Shown here one piece after another: positions 40,641 through 52,081 of a stretch of DNA of 64,000 bases. Within the stretch, counting starts at the first letter, position 1. Each line of letters begins with the position of its first letter. Origin of the DNA: Lingula anatina (taxonomy: Eukaryota; Animalia; Brachiopoda). Location of the stretch: contig CM120640.1 in NCBI GenBank assembly GCA_051362555.1, forward strand, positions 56,026,788-56,090,787, written 5' to 3'. A program made the translations under genes and the position numbers. The notes below the pieces were generated by a model. That model did not search any database and was not told the DNA's origin. It was given only the letters and a program-made list of their open reading frames with translations.

Positions 40641-41959
40641 CCATTTCCAATATAGAGTATCTTGATGCTTTAAACTAGTTCTACAACAAAAATGGCTCAA
40701 ATATTATATTGGGTTTCAGTCTGAAATTAAATTTTTGATGGACTAAAAAAAGAGAATTAGGATGGCGCAATTCTTCTTCTATCATTCTCAGTTTAAAACA
40801 TGATTCAATGATTTTTCCATACCTGAGTAACTTGAATTTGGAAGGTTGTTTGTGGGTTGCGGAAATGAGTCTTGTAATGCTTCAGAGCTTCATCTCTCCG
40901 GTTGAATCCATTGCGACACTTGTAGCAATGCCAATGTGCTCCCTTAAATTTCTTCTCTCCTTTAATGGCACCCACAATATCACACTGGTCACAACATCGC
41001 AGGATTTTCAAACCTACAGTTATAAAGATTTATGCTTATTACACAATATATATTACTAATTAACCTCCTTAATTTGATAAAAAATATATTGTATTACATT
41101 CACAGATGGGTCTGTGAGAAAAAACTATGGATCAACGATTGCACATCAAATGAAGAACATTTTTAAAATATTTTATTTTGTTTTTAGAAAAGCATACCAA
41201 TTCAACCATTCTCTTGTTATTAATCAAAAAGTAAAAAAAATCCATTTGGTATAATATGTTAACATTACCTGCAAAATCGAGTCCTTTGTCAACATGTTTT
41301 ACTCTGTAATGTGCCTTTAGGATAACTGGATCCTGATAAGAGTCAGTCTTCACACAAAAAGGGCAGTGCATATGAAGCGGTTTGATTAAGCAGTTGGGGT
41401 CTATGCACTGGACTGGGTTGTAGTTGTTTTCTGTTCCCTTGATCCTTACACTTGGATGTGTCTGAGAATTTTGAAATTGAATATAAAGCTTAAGTACTTT
41501 GACCAGTAGTTTCTCACTATTATCTTTATATGTCAAATTTCGCTTATTTTAATTAATTGCTAAGTTGGCCCTAGATGGTCTTTACTAAATCCTTTAAAAA
41601 AGGATAGGGCATACTAGTAGGCAAGTAGTAGGCATGTAAAAGCACTCGCTGCCACAACAAATGTATTTTGCACTGGAAAATGCTTAAAAGCAACATTGTA
41701 ATCGCATTTATTTCGAAACGGAACTGGACATAACGTTACAAGCTATGTGAAATTTTAATGACATCAACAAAAACAACATTACTTTCATACTATGTAGTCC
41801 ACATGTTTTCAAGTACAACTACTTTAAAACCTTATACACTGATTTCATTATTTACATGGCGGTCGGCTTTGTGCGAAGGGCGCGATGGGTAATTCAACTT
41901 ACAAAAGACCGTTAAAACCTCGCAGGAACCAAACATATACTTACTACAAACGTATTCAT
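37142..41959 (-). CDS. Uncharacterised protein with two Castor-like (C2-H2C2-H2) zinc-finger units, a coiled coil and a low-complexity C-terminus
   Basis: ATG at 41959 (MNTFV|gtaagt). Exons encode CIDPNC-LIKPL-HMHCPFC...HYRVKH, CCDQC...HWHCYKC...HYKTH, LQQQVEQLKQKNEQLKFEK... and a final ORF ending SPRTSKRLKTS*; GT-AG junctions are consistent. Confidence 0.75.
37860..38250. repeat. Interspersed repeat; related inverted, tandemly arranged copies at ~62520-63400
   Basis: gggtcttcaggcccatgga and catggttttcccataatggtca here are the reverse complements of tccatgggcctgaagacc and tgaccattaatgggaaaccatg near 62960-63135. Confidence 0.7.
38620..39356 (-). mobile_element. HINE/pearl-like element with a 160 bp tandem array (~4 copies)
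   Basis: Minus strand begins ttttt-atgtacagacac-agat-gtgtctgtacat (hairpin) followed by a cgtc/cgcc-rich tract. Repeat anchor caacctgc at 38701, 38861 and 39021, degenerate at 39181. Confidence 0.8.
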
Positions 41960-42061
41960 GATTTCTGGTTTCTAGATGCTCTTAAATTTGTTAATTTGGG
42001 ATGCTATCCATCCAAATCCGTGTAAAACGGAGCGAATTCCCCTGTTAACTGCAGCTATATG

Positions 42062-42106
42062 CGTGCACGTCATCGATTCCTAAGGTTACAAATCGATGAC
42101 GTCACG
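42062..42106. promoter_or_regulatory. Symmetric inverted CRE/DRE-like element at the zinc-finger gene / ADAT2-NDH2 bidirectional promoter
   Basis: cgtgcacgtcatcgatt-N12-aatcgatgacgtcacg is a near-perfect inverted repeat containing TGACGTCA and ATCGAT cores. Confidence 0.7.
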
Positions 42107-42329
42107 AGTTCCGTCGAAGAAGCATGTCGGTTCATGAGGTAAGCGAGCAGACGATGTTGTTTTGTATTTTTCTATATTTGCACAGGATTCGTGCAATCAG
42201 GATGCTTATCTATCTTTTAAGTAGCATGGTAATGATGCATTTCACAATGTAACTATCCAGATATTACCCAAATACCTATCCAACATCCATATTATGCTTT
42301 TTCTCTGGACACTTCGAGTGCCTTAATTG

Positions 42330-42397
42330 TTGCCTCAGTTTTCGGCCGTAATTACATGTATCGCAGTAAGTAGACAAAAAGCCGAAAACTGAGGCAA
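42330..42397. repeat. Mini inverted-repeat element (17 bp perfect arms) in the intron upstream of ADAT2
   Basis: ttgcctcagttttcggc ... gccgaaaactgaggcaa. Confidence 0.8.
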
Positions 42398-42541
42398 GCT
42401 ACCTAGATAAGCCAGCTTTCACTAAATTCACCTTCTCAGTTGGAGTGTATTTGGGCTAAAACTGCTCTAGATCTACATAATTGCTATTCTAAGATAACAT
42501 CCGTTAAATTGTTTTTTTTTTTTGCCTTTTTACAGCCTTAA

Positions 42542-43072
<531 letters not shown>

Positions 43073-44016
43073 TTTAAAAGAGTGTCTGTGATATTAAATA
43101 TTGCAAAACTGTAGGATTTTCAAGATCATGTGACGTGCAATGTATGTATGTATGTATTTGTTTATTTGTTATTTATTTGTACTGTTTATTTGTTAAATAT
43201 AAATTCAGCATCACTGTCAGATTTGTTTTGCCTGTCCATGCATTTGTTTATCATCTGTATTTAGCCCACATACACAGTAGCTGTAATATTGTACAGCAAA
43301 GTGTGCTTGTTTGGCAGACACCTGCCGCAATTAAATGCCATTTTATCAGAGCAAAATCATGACCCATTTTGCTTCACATAACCTTCTCAGGGCAAATAAC
43401 ATTTAACAAGAAAATTACTGGTGCAAAGGTATAAATTTTACACTCACTATGTCTTCCAAAAATGAAGCAAATTGCATTCTATGACATCATGACAGTGACA
43501 ACATAGTAGATGGGATTGCTACATTTAGATCTATACATATACTTTTATTGTGAGAGACTACAGTATGTAGGTCATTCAAGGATAAGTGGGTTTGCATCCT
43601 TGTGCAAATGTGTTGGTCATGTTTTTGGCCCAAGTAATACTTCACTTCTGTTGCATTGATGTGACATGATGATGAAATGTGTCTAAGTCTATATAAATTG
43701 TGCTTTCAGCATAAGGTGATATCATATTTTTCAGTGCAGGGTATATGAAATAGCAGAGGAAACTACAGAGAATTAACTGGTGAGTAATATTTCCTATCTG
43801 TACTTTAAACATTTAAACAGCTCTAGATACATTGGGCAGTATCATTTGTTTTAAAGTATGTATGTTATATCTCATATAACAAAGTGTTGTTGTGATAAAT
43901 TATTTTTATCCTTATTTAATAGTTTCACTTAAAATAAAATAAAGTGAATTACAATGTAGTTGGCTTGCACTTCACTTGTATACAGCTGTGTACATTTTCA
44001 TCAGGGATCAAAAGGC

Positions 44017-44903
44017 ATGGAACTTCTGTCTAGAGCACAGTTGCTAGTTCCAAGGTTCCTCATAACCAAGTCAGTCAAGACAAGCTTGAAAGATATCTCT
44101 GCCCAGGAATATCTGTCATCCAGGAAATATGTTACCTTTCCTATGAATTGTGACAATCCTGTCAGAAAACTTTATAAGCTACTATCAGGTGCATTCTCAA
44201 AGGATCCCCCAGAGGATGGAGACAGTTCTGGCAGTAAACCTTTGATATCTCCTATCCGAACACAAAATTCTGGGCGAAAACGCTTAGTTATTCTGGGAAC
44301 AGGTTGGGGCGGATATAGTGTTTTGAAGAACATAGATAAAAAGCTGTATGATGTCATAGTGGTCAGTCCAAGGAACCATTTCTTGTTCACGCCATTGTTA
44401 TGTAGTACCACTGTTGGAACTCTAGAATTCAGGTAAAAACAATTAGTCATGGTGAAACTTCACTTTTATTTAAAGAAAAGAAATTTGATTTTTGTTCAAA
44501 CTACTTTGCAGAGTTTGATGGATACAAGGAACAATTGCTTACCAGCTTAAAGTGAGTGTATATCATATTATTGTATACCCCTGTCAATAGATTTAGATAG
44601 TTACGCGTATAGCCTGAAGGTATAGTGTGCAACCAAGTTTTGATACAGAACACATTGTATTTCAGGTCAATCATTGAGCCAGTCAGGAACAGTGGCTTTA
44701 GAAAATCGGACCATTTTCATTTGGCAAGAGCAATCAAACTAAATTTTGAAGAGAAAACTTTGGAATGTGAAAGTTCACTGAAACCTGGGTCTAAATATGT
44801 ACTGGAATTTGACAAGCTAGTGATTGCTGTGGGTGCCAGAAGCAATGCATTTAATGTCCCAGGTGTTGAGGAACATGCTATTTTTCTGAAGGTAGGTAAA
44901 CTG

Positions 44904-45001
<98 letters not shown>

Positions 45002-48000
45002 GTTATCTGACCCCATTGCATGAATGAATTAATTGTAGTCAAAATATCTCTTGTGCATAGTTGTTCCTTCCCCATAGTGCACAAGGTTGTTGTTTCGTGT
45101 ATGAATAGTAACAATGAGACATTCTGAAATGATGAAAAATTCAAGTATGATTTGTATTGATATTATATATATCATGACACTGATTCCCTTTAACCCTTAA
45201 CATACATTTTATATTTCTGTCATTTATTCAATGCCTGATATGGTGGGACTACAATGAACCATGTGAAATGATAGTCAATGATACTCAATGGGAACTCATT
45301 AGATAAGACACCCACATAATACATGCCTTGTTATCAGAATCTTAAGCATGTTATCCTTTATTTAGTATTTTTTGTTAATAAAAGCCTAGTTTATGCAGGT
45401 TCATTGTATCTGTTAAATTCTTTTCTGTATTGAAATTTGTTATACAATTACTATGAAATTGCCAATATAATATGTTCACTTTCTGCTGTCATTCATTTCA
45501 GGAAATTGTACATGCTCAAAGAATCCGTAGAAGAATAATAAGTAACTTTGAACTTGCTCTGCAACCACACATTTCACCAGCCGAGAAACAAAGACTTCTG
45601 CATACAGTCATTGTTGGTGGTGGTCCAACAGGAATAGAATTTGGGGCAGAACTCTATGATTTCATTAAGACAGTATGACAGCTTTTCTTGTTAAAAAAAT
45701 AATGTATAAGTCACTAATATGCACAAATATTATTTTGTTTTTTCGATATATTATAAAACAAATGACAATAATTTACTCTTTGCCAATTTACTACTGATTG
45801 CAACTTCACTGAAGTAAAATTAATGCCAGAGAAACCCATGAGATAGAAATGCTTAGAAGCATATAAACCTTGGAGTGGTTTAGTTTAGTTTGTGTTGGTA
45901 TCTTATTCTATTTTACCAAACAGTTCTGTAATTTCATTTTAATTAGCTAAAACTTACTTTTTCAGGATGTTTCTCGCCTTTACTTGAATACAAAAGCCGA
46001 AATTCAGACCACACTTGTTGAATCTCAGCAAATTTTGGCTTCTTTTGATAAAAGACTACAAGCATATGCAGAAAGGAAAATTAAGGAAAGGCCAAATTTT
46101 CACTTGATCAAATCAAATGTAACAGGTACTAGCAATATTCACTGATATATAGAGAGAATATTCTCATGCATCATTTGACTTTTTCCTTAAATGTGTTATT
46201 TAATTTGAACTTTGTCTTTCTGTGTTAGATTGTTTACTTCTATAGTATCCTGCTGGGGATTTTGCCTAGTAGATAAATGTAGCATCAGGGGAGGTATTCA
46301 CTCAATGATATAACATCACAGAGTGAGAGTTCGTCACTGAAAGCTCTGTTGTGGACAAGTCTAGATGACAACTAGACAGAACCATCAGCATGACACTAAA
46401 ATGAATATATTTCTGTATTGTCTTTCTGTGTTGCTACGTATGATAATCCAAATCTCATCCATCCCAACTGGTATGACTCTATGAGAATTATTAAAGACAA
46501 AAATAACAGACATAATATGTAGGTTCGATATTTGGTCAGTTAAGACTGCTTTTAAATTTGCCAGTCTCAAGTGATATTTTACAACTTAAAGGGATAATAA
46601 CTCTTCGTTTTGGCCAAAAAATGAATTTTCCTGGAGTCAACAACAATTTTCCCGTACTTAACAATGGTTAATGAATCCATTTTTACATTCAAAGTTAGTC
46701 CCTGGTTTTTTTCTAAAAGGTTTGGTTTTTTGTTAAAATCTCTTAAGAGATTATAACTGAGTACAGCCATCAATGGAGGTCACGTGATCTGAAGACAAGC
46801 TCAGATATCAGAATAATAGCTATAACTGCCATTTTTGTGGTAAAACAGAATGTATTATATTTCTATGAGTTGTTCACAATGTTTTTATTGTGAAATATAG
46901 ATATCATACGAAGAGTTATTATCCCTTTAAACTTACAAGGGGGATGAACTTCTAAGACAGTATGTTGAGTACATTGACATTCCTGACATTTTGTCTCTTT
47001 TACACACAGAACACTTAAAATAACATGTGAACTGATGAACTGCATGTTTTGACATTCTTCATCCCAAATATTCCCATGAAATATAACATAATTGCTGAAC
47101 TTACTTATGCCCAGATTTCAGTGTGCATCAAATGGCTCATCAAAGTAGGGCATAAGTAAGCACTTATGTTATATTTCATGGGAATATTTGGGATAAAGAA
47201 AGCCAAGATATGTAGTTACTCTGTTGACATATTTTTTCAAATATACAGTGTGTCAAAGAGACAAAATCCTAGAATTATCAATATACACAACATACCTCCT
47301 CGGGAGTTTAACCCCCTTGACTAATGGGAAACCAGTTGGTAATCAAAATGTTAATCCCACTGATTGATAAGAATAACAAACAACGGAGTGACCAAGATTT
47401 TATGGAAATCAGGTGTAGTAGTTTTTTTTTTTTTTAGAAGTGAAAGCAGATAGTGTAACTCTCCAAGATGGCACAGTTATTCCCTGTGGACTGGTTGTGT
47501 GGAGTGCAGGTCTGGCACCAAGACCTTTCACACAATTTTTAGACTCTCCAAAAAATAACAGAGGGCAGGTAATTACATGATGCAGTCACTCCTGAAAGAT
47601 TCGGACGTCTTCTCTCTCTCTGTTTTTTTCCCTGGTGTTTATTTATTTATCATACTGTTGCATTATTTGATAAATTGAGATGATATTGTTTGTAAGCATC
47701 ATATTTAGAAGATCCAAGTACCACTTATTATTATGGGTGCATGATATAAAGTGTTTTATATATGGCTTAAAAGAGTATCTAATTTCAAAATTGAATAACT
47801 TCAACAGTTTTGAACACATTGCAATGAAGTTTCAGGTATTGTAGGAAAATAAGTTTTGAACAGATGCTAAAAATTTCACGACTAAACCTTTCTTTGTTTT
47901 GGCACACCAAAAAAACAAAATCTTAAGTCAAAAAATGCCATGCCGGCCTATATGACTTCTTACAGGTGTCAAAACTGCCAGACATCATAACAAAAACTTG

Positions 48001-49564
48001 AATATCTACTTGTATTGTTATCTCATCTTTTGTTAAAAGACCTTCAGTTATCTTTTAAGGACTACTTGGTAAACATTTGTGATGAAAATCAGCTTATGTT
48101 GTTCTAGATAATGACAGACCAGTACCTTCGAGTGTTGGGAGACCCCACTGGCAATGTGTATGCTTTGGGAGATTGTGCTGAAGTAGAGCACATGCCTCTT
48201 CCGTGCACTGCACAGGTATGGTATTATTATCAATGAATGTTTTATGTTTAAGAATGCAATTTGTGTGTACAGTCTGAAGGGACAGAAAAGGGCAAAGTGT
48301 CAACTGCATATAGGCCTTTGTAAAGTATTGAACCCCTTTAACCCACCCTGAAGCATGGGTTTTTCAAATCCAACCATTACTTTGAGCACTGATTCTTTTT
48401 TGTGTGCGATTTAAAATTGTATGAAAATGGTTGACAGTACTAAGTAGATGAGGGGTGTCATGAGGTGATAAATTAGGTTTTAAGCAACATTAATTCATGT
48501 CATTTATCTTTTAAAATTATCTAAAAGTATCAATTCTCCTTACATAATTTCAACAAGAAGTGTTGTATGTACTCTTAGTTTAAAAAATGGAAACCTTTTT
48601 AAGACTTTTACATCCACTAAGGTAAAATTTTGCAATGTCCCTTTAAGGTAGTTGGGTGCAAATGATGTTAAAGGGATAACAACTGTCCATTTTGACCAAA
48701 AAATGATTTTTTTCTGGGGTAAACAACAATTACCCCATACTTACCAATGGTTAAGAAATCCATTTCTACATTCAAAGTTAGTCTCTGTTTTTCTAAAAAG
48801 TTTGATTTTTTGAAATAATCTCTTAAGAGATTATTACAGAGTATAGCCATCTGTGGAAGTCACATGGTCTGATGACAAGCACAGATTTCAGATTAATTGC
48901 TAAAACTGCCGTTTTTGTGGTAAAATAGAATATATTATATTTCTATAAGTAGATTACAATGTATTTATTGTGAAATATAGATCTCATATGAAGAGTTGTT
49001 ATCCCTTTAAGTTAATTTTTTTTAAATCTACTTGCTGACTTATACCACATTTGTAAACCATTGCTTATTATTAGGTTGCAGAAAGACAGGGACGGTATAT
49101 TTGTAAGGCTTTGTGTGAAAAAAACCCTGCAGATGTGAAGCCATTTGTGTTTAAGAGCCTTGGCATGCTGGCTTATATTGGAGACTACAAAGCCTTGACT
49201 GATATGCCCGAAGTGAAGCTAAGAGGTAACATGCAATTTGCAAATTGTTTTTCTTACCCTGTTACAATCTGTGAGAACAAGTATGACAAGTGATGAAAAA
49301 AATTGACTGCTGTTTAGTAAATTTCTACATTTCCTACTAAGATATACAAGGTTATAAATGTTTTTTTGTGTAATTGAAAAAAATGATTTTATCATTTGGA
49401 TTTTTAATTTGGGTTTGATTTGTTTTCATCTTTTAGGTTTTCCCTCCTGGGTTTTGTGGAGATCTGCTTACCTTACCAGATTAGGGAGTTGGCGCCTCAG
49501 AATGCAAGTACCACTTGACTGGACCAAGACTCTTCTGTATGGCAGAGACACTTCAAGATTTTAA
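44017..49564 (+). CDS. Type II (alternative, rotenone-insensitive) mitochondrial NADH:ubiquinone oxidoreductase, Ndi1/NDH-2 family, 8 coding exons (possible extra 5' coding exon 42124-42138)
   Basis: [122 protein letters not shown]. Basic/hydroxylated N-terminal presequence; no EF-hand insertion. Confidence 0.95.
44906..44999. repeat. (CA)n microsatellite; also (CT)n(CA)n at ~52027-52080 and (TTA)n at ~59980-60037
   Basis: Directly visible. Confidence 0.95.
46586..46930. mobile_element. TTAA-flanked MITE (Kolobok-like), copy 1
   Basis: TTAA|agggataataactct ... agagttattatccct|TTAA: AG..CT termini with a TTAA target duplication. Confidence 0.85.
46936..47319. mobile_element. Foldback MITE abutting the Kolobok-like MITE
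   Basis: caaggggg...cccccttg termini; internal inversion tcccaaatattcccatgaaatataacataa / ttatgttatatttcatgggaatatttggga. Confidence 0.8.
48668..49010. mobile_element. TTAA-flanked MITE (Kolobok-like), copy 2
   Basis: TTAA|agggataacaact ... agttgttatccct|TTAA; colinear with 46586-46930. Confidence 0.85.
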
Positions 49565-49913
49565 TCTGCACAATAACTATGTTATAATGTATCACATGGA
49601 CCATAGGAAGTGATACTGATGCTGGGATGCACGCATTTTCATTTTATGGTATCACTGGCTTTCAATTAAAGATTAATGCCATATGTGACAATTAACCATT
49701 ATTTATGATAAGTGTATTAGTCATTTCAATCTAATTAAATTTTCTGATTTATGCTGTTCAGAATAAGCTCAGGAAAAATAAATGGTATTTTGTAAAAATT
49801 GATGCAAGTGTATGTGTATTTATGTAAGTTACTAGTACTTTTTTCTGTTACAGCAATGCTCTTGGGCTCACCTATTAGTAACCCTATTACACTATATTAC
49901 TTTCTGTTTCAAG

Positions 49914-49982
<69 letters not shown>

Positions 49983-50439
49983 GTGGTCTGCAGATAAAAA
50001 CACTTATAAACATAATAAAAGCATTATGTGACTGCTTTCACATGGTTACAGTAAGATGATGAAGAATACCCACTAAACAGAAGAATTTATGAAAGATTGA
50101 ACAGGTCATTCAATTGAATTGATAATTTCAAGAATGTGCGAGTTGTTCTACGTTGTACATGCACCTAAAACCACTTGTTTTGCAGTAGCTGTGTTAAGAG
50201 GTGTTTTAATATCAACTTGTATGAATTTTCATGGATATATAAATTGTATGAACCCTTGCCAGCTGAAGATTTCTTCAAGAGTTTGGTCTTTGGCAGTACA
50301 AGTCACAAAGAGTTGATAGGTAAAAAGAATGGATGTATGTTCTTTAAAGTATTAAAGCCATAACATTATTAAAAAGAAATGTAATTGAAACTGAAAGATA
50401 TAATATAGGATCACAATGAAATAACTGTAGCTAAATATC

Positions 50440-51440
50440 AGAGACCAAATAATCAGATATTTAACTAATCATATAATTTGGGTTGTTGGTAATAACGAGA
50501 AATTTTAATTTGTTGAAAATTATTTTTGCGCACTTCGCCTAACATTATACACCCAAACCCAATTTCTCATGTATTTCTCATGTTGAAGTATCAAAAAGTA
50601 AAATTGAATGAATTCAAACTTGAATTTAATTTTTTAAAACGTGTATAGAACAAATATCAATGGCTGTCTCAATTTTACATGTCTATACATCATGTAAGGA
50701 GCCTATTGGTAACACATTTTCCAGCCATATAATGTTAATTTTTATATTGCATTCCAATATATTTTGTAGTGATTCAGTCATGGTAAATTATATATGACGT
50801 AAGGATGTTTTTATAAATATTTAAACTGTAACTCAACTTAGGCTAATACTACGTTACATATGAACTCCAGAAAAGTCAGAAAGTTTCATCTTGCCCAAGT
50901 ACTTGGTACAGTAGAAAACAGGGTTTTCTGTTGTTGACTAAAATATTTATTTTGATTCCATGACAGTTTGACATTTCTGACATTTTGACCAAGACTGGAA
51001 AATAGTTTATTTAATGCTTATTTTACTGACAGTTGGGTGTATCCTCCCCCCCCCCCTTTTAATAATATTCAGTGACAAGCAAACTAAAGTAGCTCCAAAA
51101 AATAATAATAACTGCTCTATACAGAAGAATATTAATTTTTTACAACATTATACTTGCAGTAGATAAATTAAAAAAACAAAACCAGTAATTATTGAATTTT
51201 CAAAGTGAGTTTGGACGCTGGGTGATTTTGATTTGCATTTGTGATGGTAACGAATGTTCTTTTTGGGGGGTGTAGGAAATATTTTTTTATTATTCATGGT
51301 TTCAGGAGAGTGAAACTGATACAAGCTTCTTCATATGGGACCCTAAAATAATCAGACATAGTTTGTAATCAGTGCACTAAATATTTTAAGAGCATATCCG
51401 GGACTTCATTTGCACCTTGATATTGGGTTTTGGTGTAGGC
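50440..51440. mobile_element. ~1 kb interspersed repeat, inverted relative to the copy at ~59100-60200
   Basis: Colinear reverse-complement blocks, e.g. atattcagtgacaagcaaactaaagt, gtcagaaagtttcatcttg, gtgcactaaatattttaagagcat, ggctgtctcaattttacat. Confidence 0.85.
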
Positions 51441-51709
51441 CTATAATCATATGTTTATACATTATATAGATCTAACGCTTTATTCTATGCCTACGCGCAC
51501 GTACGTGTTCTTTGAATAGATCTTAAAGCCTAGGACTTGTGGTCTAGTCTATTATACTCTCTAACGATTTTACAGTAAAGTGGGAAGATGATTGAATAAA
51601 ACGAAATGCTGTTTATAAGATTAGACTAAATGTTGGGAATAAACCCGTTTTCGCGTCGGTGCTGCATTAGGAATGCGTTAGTTGAGAATGTTCAGCTGAG
51701 ACGGACAAC

Positions 51710-52023
51710 ATGGCTCCGAAGAAGAAGGGCCTGTTACTTGGACATTTGGAATTCCCACCGTATGCCGTCAATGCGGTTGGTGATCGGCATTTTATTGTAG
51801 CAGGAGGGGGAGGGACAGCCAAAACCGGGGTTCCAAATGCATTTGTAAGTACAGGCTCTGGCAAATGTGTTTTGATGCCAGTCGGCTTTTGGTGCCAACT
51901 CAAATGCTACGTATCACTAGTCATTGCAACGAGTCACCCTCAATGTGCCTTCACCCATTTACAGCCAATATAAACGTTTTTTATTGTCCATATGAAGTAG
52001 GTGCTTCTAATAATGCAGAAGCC

Positions 52024-52081
<58 letters not shown>

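Noticed and set aside
44717-45144. ORFs with CVCVCV/THTHTH runs, and IYIYIY ORFs elsewhere
   Set aside because: Translations of (CA)n and (TA)n microsatellites.
44017-49564. Bacterial or fungal contamination, or recent horizontal transfer of NDH-2
   Set aside because: The gene has multiple spliceosomal introns containing host MITEs and is embedded among animal genes with the same base composition.
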